NCBI RefSeq assembly: GCF_026210795.1
Contig: NC_089433.1
Span: forward strand, 1,178,001 to 1,242,000
Direction: 5' to 3'
Origin: Rhizophagus irregularis
Taxonomy: Eukaryota
Length of the DNA stretch: 64,000 nucleotides
The position numbers were made by a program, and so were the translations under genes. Every line of letters begins with the position of its first letter. The stretch's first letter is position 1. Below the pieces are notes generated by a model. That model was not told the DNA's origin, did no database searches, and saw nothing but the letters and a program-made list of their open reading frames with translations. This document shows positions 38,136-53,000 of the stretch, in pieces.

Positions 38136-41100
38136 AGATCAAAGTCATGAAGAATATTATGAAATGCTGATGCGATAGAGAACTATGGAGAACTATGCTT
38201 AAATTAAGTGAGGTGCAGTAGCCTCTAAATAAGAGGGTGGGTCCCCTAGAAATGTTAGTTAATGTATGGTCAGTAAAACTGAGTACATTATCAATATCAC
38301 AAGTGTTTTTACGTCTGCAATGCCTACAAGGTTAAGCTTAGACCTACATGGTAGACAAGGTGAAACGAAGGTACAAGGTCGTAGACCTACATGGTACCAT
38401 GATAAACACGTAAAAATAGAAATGATAAGACTATCTCCAACGCAAACGCCGCTGGTTGCTGCTACGTAAATAAGCCAAAGATGTGTCATACGTACTTTGG
38501 ATTTGACATTGGTACCTTCTCCTTAACTTTCGAATAGACTTACGAATTTTCATACGATTTTTGGTTCAGTTGTTACATTATTTTTATAAAGAGTATGGAT
38601 TCTTAACTCATATGTATTAGTTCACGGTGAGGATCAACTTGTTCGTAAATCTTTTATTCGTGTTGCTTCAGAAAATAAAAGTATATATCACGACTACCAC
38701 CACGAATTTTCTTTAAGATGTACTGTACATGATGAATCTAATTATCTATAAAAAAAAGTAATTAGAGTTAGCTAGCTAAGTGAGCGTAACGTAGAAGCTT
38801 CACAGTCTCCAAAAATTTGGTGAACAGCGGCACCTAGTCTTATGATTCATCAAGTGATCTGACAAAGACACAGCAATAGGCCATTGCTTCACACCACCAA
38901 CTTCTCTCCTAGACATCATTAAAATAGACGTGAAGCAGTATCCATTACAGATTTATAGACCTGCCAGCTCAATAGAGTTGCCGAAACTTCCCTTATCATT
39001 GCATCCACTTGTTCTATTTTAATGACCAGGTCCATTGGTTGACTTCACTTGAGTAGATTAGTCAGTCTAACGTTTCTCACCTTTCTATTCTTTTCATACT
39101 TAGGAATGAGAGAAAATGAAAAATTTATTTGCATGAAAAAAATAATTTATTTCTTTTATCTTCTTTTTTTTTCTTTCTTTTTAGGTCCATCTTCTCTCTG
39201 TCTAGTTCTTCCGTCTTCTCTTTATTAGGCCTTCTCTTAGGCCTCTTTTCTTTAAGTCTTCCTTTAGGTGTGAGAGAAAGGGGAGAACGAGAGGAGAAGG
39301 GAGAACAAGAGAAAAGGGAAGAACGAGAGGGAAAGGGGATGAGAAGGGATGGGTTGGAAGTGTGGGTTTGTGTGCAGGTGATGTTTTATCTTCTTTTTTT
39401 TCATCGTTTTTCATTAGCTCTATCTTCTCTCTTCTCTTTATTAGGTCTTCTCTTCCTTTAAATAGAGTATGGGTTTGTGTGTGGGTGGTATATTTTTGCG
39501 TTTTATTCTCCTTTTTATGTAAGAAAAAACATATAGGTGAAAAAATATATAGGTATGAGAAAATTTTATTAATGGGTAATAAAAAGAAAAAGGACTGTAT
39601 AAATATTTTTTTTTGTCGCACAAGCTTTTCGTATAAAAATTTTGTGGATGTGTAATATCAGAATATCAGATATATAATTAAAAACCACAACCTATTTACT
39701 TTTAATATTTTGTGCGTAGTTTCAATTCATCTTATGTTGAATTTTCCAATTACCCGCAATTTATTTAACTTTTAACAACCGATAATAAGTTCATAACACA
39801 AGCTATCGGATCTTATTTATACAATGTATTATAATATCATTTCGGAATTTCAATAAGTTATTAGTCATATTTCAAAATATTAAAAGTACGGTTATAAAAT
39901 AAATTTTTAGAATATATATACTCTCACATTTTGAATTAATATATTCGTATGAAATATACATTTTATTATGCTTGTACTGATACAATTCAATATCTGAGTT
40001 AATTTTCAATAAAGAATTTTATTTAGAAATAATAAATAAAAATCCAATAGTTAGAAAAAATATCATACTAACGAAATATTTTACACTCCTCTACATATCT
40101 ACATACAATGAAACTATCGTCATAAAAATTCTAGAAATGGAAACCATTATTAAGTCCGAAGTGCCATACGGGCATCCGGACATATAGTCCTTCATGGCAT
40201 GTTTTATAACACAAATTTCATATTATATGACATGAATTATTTTAACAAGGAAGGTTGGGCAAATTTGTGTGGTATAGATGAATCAAAAATTTATTTTAAT
40301 TGGATTGCTTTTGATAATGTTATTGATAAGGTTATTGAAATGTTGATGTCGTCATCCAATAATAAGTTACACGTATCATTTTCAAGTATCGATGATCAAT
40401 TTCCAGCTTCTAATGGATAGTAGATAATTAAAATTCTATAATAATGTAATTAATAAAGTTTTAATATAATAATATTATAAAAATATATTGTATTTATTAT
40501 ATATTAATATTAAGTGTTATTCATTTTTTTTGTAAATGGTTAACATATTGGGGCGTGTGCACAAAATTGATTCGTGTGCACAAAATTGATTTTTGAAGTT
40601 TTCATTCCCAGTCACCCGCATTATATCTGCTTCTTTTTCATTAATTTACGATCATTCTCATGAAGCGCCAAAAGCGTATACGCTACAGGTGTTGCTTTCT
40701 TAGTATGCAAGGTTATAGATTTTTCTAACAAAGAACTTAACAAGGAGGTTTTGGTGAGTACTGACACGTCATAAAAGAGAAACCCAAATTTAGAGTTCAT
40801 ACTTAATAATATTCTTAAAATATCAACCGTATTTCGTTGAATTAGTGTTGAATTTTTATTATTTGTGATTATTTCCTTTTTTTTACATGATAATCTTTGA
40901 AGTTAAAAGAGTTTCCAGATCTAATACATTAGAAAATTAGGAATCGATCGATCGATCGATATGATAAATCACGATTTATATACCCCTTTAAATATTGGTA
41001 ATGACTCATGAATATTAAGTTTTTTTTATCAAGATTCAAGATTTTATGAGTCATTATTTCCTTTATGAAACAATATAGTAAAAAAATCTTGATCTACATC

Positions 41101-42465
41101 GAAGTCCCATATCATCTACTGTGTAAAAGGTTTTTAAAAAGTATAAATATACCCCAAACTCCTTCAAATTTCTCAATACTTCTTTTTCATTTTTCTTTTC
41201 AAAAACTTCAAATAAACATATTCATATAACGAACTCACTCAGAAAAATTAAAGTATGGAATATATTCCGTACTTTATTTATGGAAAATATATTCTCAATA
41301 CTTCATTTTTCGTTTTTTTTTATCAATATATTTATACAACAAACTCACGAACTCACGAACTTAAAGAAATTAAACTCGTACTTTATGGAAAATATATTCA
41401 ATATGAAATCTTTCCTCTTTACGAACTCTCTCTCTTCGATAGGTAACTCGTCAGATGAAACTAATAAACCAAGAACACCTTTTACCAGATATGTTCTTTT
41501 GTTTTTCGATATTAGAAAAAATACATTTTATTATTTTATGAAAATATTTTCAATATGAAATTTTCTTTTTTATTTTTTTTATTTCCAGGCAAAGACTTGT
41601 GTTTCTTGGTTGGCAATGAAATAACACAAAGCAATATAAAACAATACTCAAACTCAATATTTAAGGTCAGGTTGAAAAATAAAGAATTGTATTTACAAAT
41701 TAAGATTTACGGTAGACCAATATTAAGGTAAGCATGCGCTCCCTGCTTGCATAGTTTTAATGATACAGGCTTACAGATAAAAAAAGTTGAAAGAAAGTAC
41801 ATGTATATATGAGAAACTGGCTTTCCTGGAGGAGGGTTAGCCTATGTGTGGTATCCCAAAGGACTATTACAGTAGGGGTTTAAAAAAAAAGTGACAGAAA
41901 ATAAAATGAAAAAAAATAATATAAAAAAAAAATGAAAATGAAAAATAAAGAAATGAAATGAAAAAAAAAAACAAAAAATAAACAAAAAATAAATCTTTAT
42001 TGTGCAAGTTCCAGGGTGTCCACTCAAGTAGTATGATACCATCACCTTTCCGGAGACTTTTTTTTTACGCGTATGGTGGTGGTTGCTTCCACCTGGTACC
42101 AGCCATACTAACGACTTTTTTTCTTATTATTTATAGATTCCATTTATTGTTAACCTTGTTTTGCGCCTGTATTAACAAACATTCATAAGTGACTGCAGCC
42201 ACCAGTGTACATATGTCAATGTCATCATTAACAGTCCACCAAACCTTTACAACTGGAGTGATAAACCTTACAACGATTCCTGACCATAACAGTTTACCAT
42301 CCGGAATGACTTTCAGCTGTAACCTCGGATGCACCAAGCATGATACATGCGATGCGTGAACCCTACAGTGCGCACCTACTCATACGTCCATCCAGCAAAC
42401 TATAATTTATACGTACCACTTAATGCCTCGTTCTCTTTATGTCATGTATGGCATTTGAGCGAAGT

Positions 42466-42621
42466 TGGTTTGTAAAATTATTTGAAATATATTGATATAT
42501 TGAAAAAATTATATATTGATGATATATTGAAAAAATTATATTTTTTCTGGTTTGTAAAATTATTTGAAATATATTGATATATTGAAAAAATTATATATTG
42601 ATGATATATTGAAAAAATTAT
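42466..42621 (+). repeat. ~82-bp direct tandem duplication
   Basis: TGGTTTGTAAAATTATTTGAAATATATTGATATA..GAAAAAATTA occurs twice. Confidence 0.9.
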
Positions 42622-44219
42622 TGGATATTTAACTAAGGGGGTAAGGCCTTTTTATATATATATTTTTTGTTATACAAATTAATAGTCATTTTTAATGATA
42701 ATTACTTAAATTAAAATGTGTATTATAGTGATCATAAGTGCGAAAATGTGTGTAATTTTATATACAAAAACTTTGCAGTGAGTCATTATGAATTTATGAT
42801 TATAATATAATTCTAATTAATTCTTACTGTATATGTGCGAAAGTGTGTGTCAACGCCAAACAATTTGATTATGTAACACTAATTTGTATATGAAAATTTT
42901 GCAGTGACTCATTATTATTATATTAATAAATATTAATAACATTTCCACTTGGTCGTCTAGATTGTGATTTTGTATTATTCAATGCTTTTTGGATAATTGT
43001 TATTTGTTAAGATGGCTTACACTCGTCCAGGAACAGATCGTTTCTATACTTAAAGGTCGTAACTTCCGGTATTCATAAATCATAATCATTGTTTAAAATG
43101 ATCCATGTATTTAGTTGTAAGATCATCTATTAAAATAAAATTCGCTGAGAACAAGTAATTGGACAACTTTGGACTGCATTAGCCATTAGATAACTCTAAC
43201 CGATTTTAATCCGATGATAACTTATACCATTGTAATAAACTTTATAGCTAGTCCTAGTTGTGTACTTGGTACTCAAATATACTATTATTAACCTAACACT
43301 AGAGTGAGACTGTAAGTATAGGCGCAAGAGTACATGATGCTCCAACAGTAAGCTCAAGAAATTACAAAAATTCATCTTATCTACGATTGACTATGTATTA
43401 TGTAAACATGTTAGATTGCCATAATGATAATTGTGCGGTAAATTTTATTTGTTTTTTTATTTATCACACAAGGTGTATGCATCTTGAATATCTTGAATGC
43501 ATCATCCAAAGAACTTCCATCATAAAAAATTAAATAAATAAATAAATTTAAGACGACAAAGTTAGTCAAATTATAAATGCGAAAATTTTTTATGTAGTAA
43601 TGACATAATAAAATAAAAAAAGGTTTCGCGAGAGTACTGAGACCAAGATTGAATTTAATAATATGTAACGTGAATTGGGTCATTCTAGAATTTTTTTTTT
43701 TCAATGTCTTTCACCTGAAAGCAGATTTTTTCACCTGTTTTTTGTTCCCAAGCTACTGTAAGAAAAAAGATTAGTATTTAACCCAATTAAGTGATATGAT
43801 TTTTATGATTTTGAAAATTTTTATTTTTTATTTTTTTTTTTGATAAAACACGTGATCACGTGATAAATTTCTATTGGTTGAATTTATATCATGTAATCTC
43901 ATGTGTAAACTTTTTTTAGAAAACCGCAATAAAGTGGTAACAACAACAGGTCGCAAACACAAAATTTGCGATTTTTTGATCACTACAAAATTGCACAAAA
44001 TTTATCAAATTTAGTCAGAATTCACATAATTTGTTTTTTTTTTCGTTCACATAAATTCACATATTTTATTGAGACATGCCGCAAAATTACACATAATCAG
44101 TAAAAATTTTCTTTTCACCACAAAACACAAAATTTATTTTTGTCACACACAAAATTTATCTTATAGCGCCGCAAAAAATCATCGGCCCTGGCACGCTGTA
44201 TAATTTGGATTGCGATACC

Positions 44220-44894
44220 AGAGACACAGAAAAATATATATAAAGGGGTAGGGTACACAGATGCGTTGCCATCATAGTGAAATTAGACAGAGTAAAGTTT
44301 TTGATTTGCGTACAATCTAAGAATTTTTCATCCATAGTTAGGCCATCAAGTTTGCGTATTTTTTATCAAAATTTTTATATGTAAGAAATTAGTTTGCGTA
44401 TTTTTGGCCTAAATTGGCTAATATTATATTTACTGTACGTTAACCGCATTGTAATATTTAGTATTAATTGAAAGAAATTTCTTAAGGGTTAAAAAAGCGA
44501 AATTTTAGAAAAATATAATTGAAAAAATGGTTTTTCCTCCTTATTCTAAATTTGAACCCAAAAGAACTTCCCTAATTGACTATGAAGAAATGGAAAAAGA
44601 ATTTAAGAATAAAACCTGGTCTTTTCTTAGAGTTTCAGAATTCTATATTCATGGTGATGTTAAGGCTACTATAAATTCTATTTTTCACATTAGTATTTGG
44701 TTTTATAAATAATATAAAAGTCATGATAAAATAATTAATAACTTAATGTCTGAAATTTTATTTGCGTATTTTTGCAGGATTTTCAATATCAAGTGTCAAT
44801 TATGCGTACTACTCATGTAAAAAGTCTCTGCGTACAGCTCATAGTAAAAAAAAATTTTCGCCACCTGACCCTTATATATATATTTCTGGGTCCT
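44220..44894. mobile_element. Non-autonomous TIR element, longer member of the family at 196-428
   Basis: GCGATACC duplicated at 44212-44219 and 44895-44902; right TIR CCTGACCCTTATATATATATTTCTGGGTCCT nearly identical to the first copy, left TIR more diverged. Confidence 0.85.
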
Positions 44895-46652
44895 GCGATA
44901 CCTCAGTACCTCCACAAATTGTACAGAAAAGATGCAATTATTTAGGATCAGTTAGTTACTGGATTAGTAGTTCAAATAATAATATATAAAAAAAAAAGGA
45001 GTAAGCATCCCGAAAAGGTGAAGAAAGTAAAGAAACTTTTGCAATTAGATATAAACGAACGTTTGAAGAATTTAGAATTATATTAAAAAGCGGGTATATT
45101 CTAACTTTGATTTGTGTAACATTGTGATTTTAAGTTACTGCGCATCTTTTGCAAAATTCTCACATATCCACATGATAGATCCGCAATGTATTTATCAACA
45201 CACATACATTATTCCTAATACAGCATTTAATAAAAAATCACTAAATTTTAGCACTTTTTAAAGTCTGTTACATTTCATTCAAAGCGCAATGTATATATAA
45301 TATACTAAATATATATATATTTCTATACGTTTTTGAATAACAGGACTCTGACATAATACTAAAAAAGTTTTTCTTCTGTCCTAAAGTGCGTATCAATAAT
45401 CCGATACGATCTATATGGAAATATCGTAAAGTTCTTTCACTAGTTCCATTCATTACATGTTATATAGAGATTTACTTTTTAGTAAAATAAAAAAAAAATG
45501 ACGAATTTTTTTTTAACAATATTTTGTTTGTTACCTTATTGTGTGACTATGCATGAGTGCATGACTCATGCAACAGGGTCATGCATCTGCATCATGCACC
45601 TTTGCTGAAATGCATTTTTTTATTTTTTGGCATCCTAACAAAGTAACAGATTTAAACTTGAGAATATTTCGTAGAAGAGTCAGGTGAAAAAAAGTACAAT
45701 AGAACAAGCTATCCTTAAAAATAATCACGAGGATTTCCGGATCTAATTTTTTTGAATAATCCGTGCCTAAAAACGACTTTTTTATATATGTATAATATCT
45801 TTTATAATATCAAAATCTTTACATAATAAATATTCATGTGAAAATTTTGTAACGTATTAGGTATTTTCAATACTATTCTTTGATCAACTTTTGTTGTGCT
45901 ACTCTATAAACCAATAATAGGTCGCCCCAAAATTAGTATATTGATTTTTTACCCAGACCGGCACCTTGCACATCAATAAAAAAAAAAACTAAAACTAATC
46001 CAAATTTGATAAGTACATTGATGAAACGCCCAGAGTCTTGTGAAGCGTCACTTGACAAGTTTTTAAAAATAAACAATTATGAATTTACTCAATATAATGC
46101 AATATTGAGTATATTATGTTTAAAATTCATCGTATCCATCGTTCGATTTTTTTACAATAATAATACAGTTAAGAGTATAAAAAATATATCTAAAAATTAA
46201 CGATAAAAATCGTAAAAAGTAAAAAAAAAAGAAAGAAAGAAAGAAAATTTGCGTCATCTACTATGCAATATTTTTATTAGCCGCACATTTTACATTTTAC
46301 ATGTTGGTAAAAAATCAAAGACAAATTGTTTATTTATGTTTATGTTTACCGAATATACCGTAAATGAAAAACTCTATTTTTATATATGGCACATGTGGTC
46401 ACACAGGTCACACAGTTAAACAGTAATGTGATTATGGTTTTCTTTTGTTTGTCACAAAATTTTCATATTTCCTTATATACTTTCAAATTAATCAAATTAA
46501 TCGATAAAATGATAAAAATTCCGCTAAACCCATACGTAACTTTAATCCGTGTAGACTGTATATAAATAAACAGATTTTCTTTTCATCCTTTTTCTTTCTT
46601 TTTTTTTTAAAAAAAAAAATATATAGATATAAATAAAACAAAATAATAAAAA

Positions 46653-48101
46653 ATGTCTGAACTTAACATGGGTATGCTCTCATTAATATTAGAAAAATTA
46701 CAAAACGACGGAAAAACCCTTTACTCATGTCTTTTAGTTAACAAAACTTGGTGTGAAATAATTGTTCCGATTTTATGGGAAACCCCTGGACGATTCAAGT
46801 CAAATAGTAACGCAATTGAAATGTTATTTGATACGATAATTTCACATTTACCAAAAGATTCGAAGAATACTTTGAGAGAAAATGGAATTAATTTTATTGA
46901 ACAAAAATATGAACAACCTTTATTTAATTATATTAGTTATTGGAAGAATTTAAATCTATATCTCTTAGAAAGTATGATTTCTATTAAAAATATTAAAAAC
47001 TCCAAACGTACCATTATAAGAAAAGAAATGTTGAAATTATTTATTAATAAAAATACAAGTTTTTCATACCTTTATATAACAAAACAATATAATCATCAAA
47101 TACATCTTTTTCCGGGGGTTGAACATTGCTTTTCAGGGCTTGAATACCTTTGTTGTAACGCTAGTGTAGATAAAAAAATATTAGAAGGATTGGCTAAAAC
47201 AAGTAATTCGATAAAGAAATTGAAATTAAGATTTAACGTTATGAAAACTAATAATTATGAAATTATTAAGTTAATTGAAGCTCAAAAAAACCTAAATGTT
47301 GTTGGTTTTAATAAACAACCAACTAATGTAATAGACCAATCATATTGTAAAACACTTGAAGAGTCATTAATCAAAAACGTGAATAATATCCAATATTTTA
47401 GCATGAATTGGAAACCTGTTACGAATATTCTTTCACAACTTGTTAATTTAATAAGTTTAGATATAAAATTATCAAGTTACGCAGATTGGAATTATTTGGA
47501 TAAAGTGTGTTTACCTAATTTAAAAATTTTGAAAACTCAAAAAATCCCATCTAAAGATTTGGCAAATTTAATTCAAAATACGAAAGGAAATCTTATAGAA
47601 ATAAGTATTCAGTATGAGGGTAATGATAATAGAAGACTTTTACAAGTAATTTATAATAAGTGTCCAAATCTTAAATATCTTAAAATATCATTTAATAATA
47701 TTGATATTATAAAATTAGAAAAATTATTAATTGAATGTAAATATTTAAATGGGTTATTTTTAAACACATTAGATAATAATGATCCTGATTGGGATAATTT
47801 ATTCGAAATATTAATTAGATCTTCACCTAAGAATTTATTTAGATTTAAATTTTCTTATTATTATAAAATTTTTAGATTTAATTCTTTAGAATTATTCCTT
47901 GATAATTGGAATAAACAACCAATATTATTACAAACAATTCCTGTTTGTCTTCTTGTAGATGCAGATTTTAAACGACATCAACAGCAGGTGAATGATTTAA
48001 TTAATAAATACGTAACAAAAGGTTCGGTTAAAGCTTATGATCTTGGGAAAATTTTTGAAGATTTCGAATGGACTCAAAATAAGTCTCGTGCATATTTTTG
48101 A
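46653..48101 (+). CDS. F-box domain / RNI-like LRR protein (expanded Glomeromycotina-type family)
   Basis: Intact intronless 482-aa ORF; N-terminal LSLILEKLQNDGKTLYSCLLVNKTWCEIIVPILW (F-box-like), PLFNYISYWK, LRR-like CPNLKYLKI and L..C.YL.GL, SSPKNLFRFKF; TATAAATA at 46561. Confidence 0.92.
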   Translation: MSELNMGMLSLILEKLQNDGKTLYSCLLVNKTWCEIIVPILWETPGRFKSNSNAIEMLFDTIISHLPKDSKNTLRENGINFIEQKYEQPLFNYISYWKNLNLYLLESMISIKNIKNSKRTIIRKEMLKLFINKNTSFSYLYITKQYNHQIHLFPGVEHCFSGLEYLCCNASVDKKILEGLAKTSNSIKKLKLRFNVMKTNNYEIIKLIEAQKNLNVVGFNKQPTNVIDQSYCKTLEESLIKNVNNIQYFSMNWKPVTNILSQLVNLISLDIKLSSYADWNYLDKVCLPNLKILKTQKIPSKDLANLIQNTKGNLIEISIQYEGNDNRRLLQVIYNKCPNLKYLKISFNNIDIIKLEKLLIECKYLNGLFLNTLDNNDPDWDNLFEILIRSSPKNLFRFKFSYYYKIFRFNSLELFLDNWNKQPILLQTIPVCLLVDADFKRHQQQVNDLINKYVTKGSVKAYDLGKIFEDFEWTQNKSRAYF

Positions 48102-48900
48102 TAGCGTAGTAATGATAGATTAGTTAATAGTTTGGTGAATTACAGTATATGTATTATTATTTATAATTATCATATTATTTTCTTGTAATGAATATTTATT
48201 TATTAATAAAATTTTATAAAATTACTCGTCACGTGATTACGATGTGCAGTATATGATATTTTTACTATTACCCTGAAGAGAGTCAAGGGACATCGCATAT
48301 ATATAATGTTCTATATTCCCCTTCAAAGCACATTACATCTCGGTTTGACGTAGTCTCCCAATTTATGAATATACAACTTTTTTTTGTTTTTATATTTTAT
48401 TATTCCACGAGTAACGTAGGATTCACGTGATTTAATTTTTATCTGACTGTTATTGATATTACATGAATACATGGAACGAAAAATTGCGTATTTTATCAGG
48501 GTGTCATACAGACTAATTGGTCAAAATGACAGATTTTATACTATATAACTATAATGATAATTTTTAATAATAAATACCGAAAAATGCAACCGACCTTGTG
48601 TGACACCCTAGACTTAATTTGTAATTCATAATTCATAGACATATTAATATAATAATAAAATTTAAAATTCTTTTAATGACATAATAAAGGAGAAATTTGT
48701 GTTACCTTGAAAATGAATTATCCTTGAAAATGAATTATTGTGAATGAACAATTTCCTTTTTTCAAAAAATCTCCTTTCTTAGTATTTAATTTGTGTAACC
48801 TAAAATATTAGTAGATCTGTATGTAAAATAAATTACAAATTCAGCATTACGCCGATATTATATCATGATTTTGTAAAAAGCTATTTTTTTTTTATTATTA

Positions 48901-49123
48901 CAGCTGATTTCATAATATACGGGACACCTAATAGTTACCGAGAGACAATTCGGTACATTCGGTAAAACTCGGTAAAGTACAGAATAAGGTCGGAGCACTG
49001 GTCCGAGCACAGTGGTGTAGTTTTTATTTTATTCCGAGTTATACCGAATCTTACCGAGTTTCTCTCGGCATGAAGTAAAAATGATTGGTGTCCCGACTAT
49101 CCCGTATATTATGAAATCAGCTG
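48901..49123. mobile_element. Tc1/mariner-type MITE
   Basis: Perfect 24-bp TIR CAGCTGATTTCATAATATACGGGA, TA flanking both ends, internal palindromic TCGGTA/TACCGA motifs. Confidence 0.9.
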
Positions 49124-49442
49124 TAATAGAAACTTTTTATCAAGACTATCTTTTTTTTTTTTTAAAAAAAAAAAGGAAATAGGATTTGTTGTGTAATAAA
49201 AAAAAAGTATATCTAATACTTATTTATTCACGTTTTTATATACTTTATATATAATTTTCTTACGGAATAAGGAGCGAAGAAAATTCCTCCTTAAGTAGTA
49301 TCAAAAACATCAGTAACTGGAAGTATTAAAATATATTATATAATTTATTTAGTTTTGTAATATTTTTTTTTTTTTTCAAGTTCATTAGCTATAGAGTAAA
49401 ATTGTTTATTAAGTTCCATCGCAAAATGAATATATTAAAAGC

Positions 49443-50082
49443 GGGTTTACCCCAAAATCTTGACAACCATAAAATCTACAGTCTACAATCCCGACACCAA
49501 GATCTCGACAAACCCAAATCTCGTTGAAATAAAATCCCGATAGTCACAAGTTCTGAAGGTTAAAATATTGACAGTCGAAATCCCAAAGTTTCTTTTTTTT
49601 AAAAAAAAAAAAATTATATAAATTTTCCAATTAAGCATATAATTTTAAAAATGCAGTGACGCAGTAACGGATCTTAATTTATTCAATATAATTAAAATAT
49701 AATTTGTAAATTTTATTAATACCAATGTAAATTGTTAGCAAATATCAATGCAAATTAACTAACGTTACGTCGTTACTATATTATTAATGAAATTAAAAGA
49801 AAAAATTTTTTATCTTAGTTAAAAGGATTATGTACAGTATATTACTAGATCAGTCTGATGGTTGGTACTATCATCGGCTATTAATTAGATTACTAAATGA
49901 TTCCTTATCTTCTAAAATTAGAAATATTTGCATTAAAAAAATTAACTAATCTCAAATTCATCTGATCGAATCTCGGTCTGTCATAATTTTGATTCAATCT
50001 GGATTTACATTTATTGGGGGAGATTTTGGTGTCGAGATTATAGACTGTCGATATTATGGGTATCAGGATTTTTGGGTGATCC
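49443..50082. mobile_element. MULE/MuDR-like MITE
   Basis: ~65-bp imperfect TIRs starting GG and ending CC; ATTAAAAG(C/T) duplicated at 49434-49442 and 50083-50091. Confidence 0.8.
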
Positions 50083-53000
50083 ATTAAAAGTATAATCCTT
50101 AGAGTATGTGTAACATTTTGAATGTTTTTGGAAACAAAAGATTTAACAATATTTAAAACCGTTTTACAATTTTATAACAAAAAAGCCTAAGAAGGGGAAA
50201 ATTGAAAAAATTTAAAAAAATTGAATTAAATTGGTTTAATAAATATCGAAAAATATAAGAAAAATTAAATTGATTTAAACAATGATTTGGTCGAAAAAAA
50301 TTAATCGAAAAAAACAAAATTTAATAATTGAAAAAAGAAATTAAAGTTGATCGGTTGGTTAAACCGGTTTAAATATAATCGGTTAATCAAATCACAAACC
50401 AGTTAAAAACCAAATCGATTAAGCTCGGTTATAAAGGTATACTGTGCTATATACAAAGCTTTATTACACATATACTGTGCATTTGTATAACAAACGAGTT
50501 TTAATAGGTTTCACACTCCAGTTATCCTTTGTCTTATGACTCTTATCGTGTCTCATACATTCCTTGCAAAGAAGGTCGTACTACGCTCTACTAGTTTCAC
50601 TTCTAATATGTAATGATCATGTGACTGTTTTTTGTTGCAGAAAATCAAAAAAAATTCCCACGTTTTAAAAACTTGATCACCTGCGTCACAATAGCGCTTT
50701 GGGTGTTCCGGGTCTTGATGCTTATTATGAAGACCTTTATATAGTTATTTCGAGGATTGGATCCCATGGAATAAAGTTAAACTTTATATGCTTTCCTATT
50801 CTTTGCTTTGAAGAAGTTTGTGGGAGGGAGTCGGGATTGTAGATAATTTCTTTCGGAAATCTAGCATATAGAGAAATGTAGGTAAAAAAAATGCAAATGA
50901 TATTTAGTATTAGTAATTTATCTAGCGGAGCCAATCACCAATCTGAGATAACAGCCCAATGTTGTCATCAACCAACGAATAACAGTAAGTTACTGGTACG
51001 GGTCAGTGAGAAAGACGCACACAATCAACTACTCCAAGAACACCAACTACCTCAAGAACACCAAATAGAGCGCAATAAAATAATATTTTTCACGGTTCTC
51101 ATCTTAGTATTTTTTAGTATTTTTAGTAATTTCATCTTGAATGTATAAATGCATATTATTCTTTTTATTATAGTTTATTTCATAGAACGCATTTTTTTTA
51201 TTAACAATTATGGGTAGTCAGGTGACGTTTAAGTCACCTGGTCACGTGATTTCGGTGTTCGCATTGTTAATATTTATTTCAGGGAAGCCTCTTTTTTTTC
51301 GTCTTTCTTTTTCTCTTTGTTCTCTTTAACTCGGGCGGTGGCGTATGCTCCTGTTCCGCAGAATTATTTTTTGTCCGATTCGTTATTGTTTGGGATAGGT
51401 ATTATAGCTCATTCTTTAATAGCCAGTATAGCCGGACTTGTGCCGTTCCTGTATCTGTGAAATAGTTTGACTAGAATAACCACACTTCTTAAAATAAAAC
51501 TGATCTATCTCTCTCTATTTGTTACCTGCATAATATGTCACGCAGTGTGACTACTATTAATTGTGTGGTGTACCCAGTGAAAAGGATAAGAAACATTGTA
51601 AATTATTAAAAAATTAAAAACCACAAGTACACGAGTAGAAAAAACCGCTAAAATTTTACAAAAAATTTTTTTTTTCATTATCATATAAACTTAAAAAAAT
51701 TTTTTGAGGCTGAACCCCTTGTTTTGCTGTGGGTGTTCTCGTATATAAATATTTTTCTTTCACTCTGTTTACTCACTTTACTGTAAATTTTTATGTTATT
51801 TCTTTTATTATTAATTGAAATATATTTTTTTTTTTACTGAAAAACTTCATGAAGGCGAAGAAATGTCTTAAACATGCAAGCTTCAAGCTTTTATAAGCTA
51901 AGTTAATTATGTTTAAATAGTAAAGGATATAAATATATATTTTACATATTATTTATTAGACTGTATTTGAAGAAAACGTTATTAAAATTTTATTATATAT
52001 GCGTATTTTTGTAATAGAAAAAAAACAATAAATAAAAAAAAATTGTTTAAATTATACTAGATAAACGCTTCTTTACTGTTTCTTTGCTCTTTTATTACGT
52101 AAAACACTACAAGAAAGTAATCTTTTTGCGCTATTTTTTTGTTACATAAACTAATCCTATCAAATTAAAAAAAAGGATTCTTTTTAAATTATTAATATAT
52201 ACAGTATAGTAACACCTTTAACCTAATAATTAATAAATTACAGATTATATGATAATGATATGAATGCTCAATAGAATAATATTTACAAATAATTAAATAT
52301 ACAAAAAATTATAAAGAAATAATAAATATATTAAAAAATAAATCTTTTTTAAAGAAAATGTTTGAATATTTGAAAAACTACTAATAAAATAATTAAATGT
52401 GTTAATTACGCTGACAGAGAAAATTTTTATACGGATTATAAAATTCTGGTCGAAATTATTGATTCACGTGAAGTAAAGTAGGCCAAATTATTTTAAATTT
52501 TTATTAATATAAATATACTAAATATAGAAATTGATCGAAGTTTAGGGAAATTTCGGGTACGGATATCCGTCAGTAAATCCTCGGATAAATTTCTCGGATA
52601 TCCTCGGAATGTATCCGCCATCCGCGGATACTGGAAATTATCCGAAAATTGGAACATCAACGGAAACCGTTATCGAGTCCGAAGCGCAGTTAAGCCATCA
52701 CGTGCCTGACGGACAACAGGACATTTGTGAAACCGATACGATGATTCACAAATTTATCTGAAAATATTTTTTTTCTTTACTATAAATATAAATGTTAAAC
52801 ATTTTGCTGAGACCAATAAAAAATTTTTGAGAACAATTTTTAATAAAATTTTTATATTGTTGGTTTGACTTTGCATCAATCTCATCAGCCTCATCAACCT
52901 TAGACTTCAGTAAATACTAAGCCAAAAATTAAATCACGAGTGTATATTTATCCTATATATCATATCATTTTTCAACAAATAATTATATAATAATAATACT

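Noticed and set aside
38200..39070. More GC-rich segment suggesting an organellar insertion or self-splicing intron
   Set aside because: No group I core or group II domain V could be identified by eye; needs BLAST/Infernal
41577..42420. Possible retroelement 3' fragment beside a T-run
   Set aside because: No TSD or diagnostic protein motif found
43947..44190. Possible hAT-like MITE ending GGCCCTG with CACAAAATT repeats
   Set aside because: Left terminus and TSD not convincingly identified
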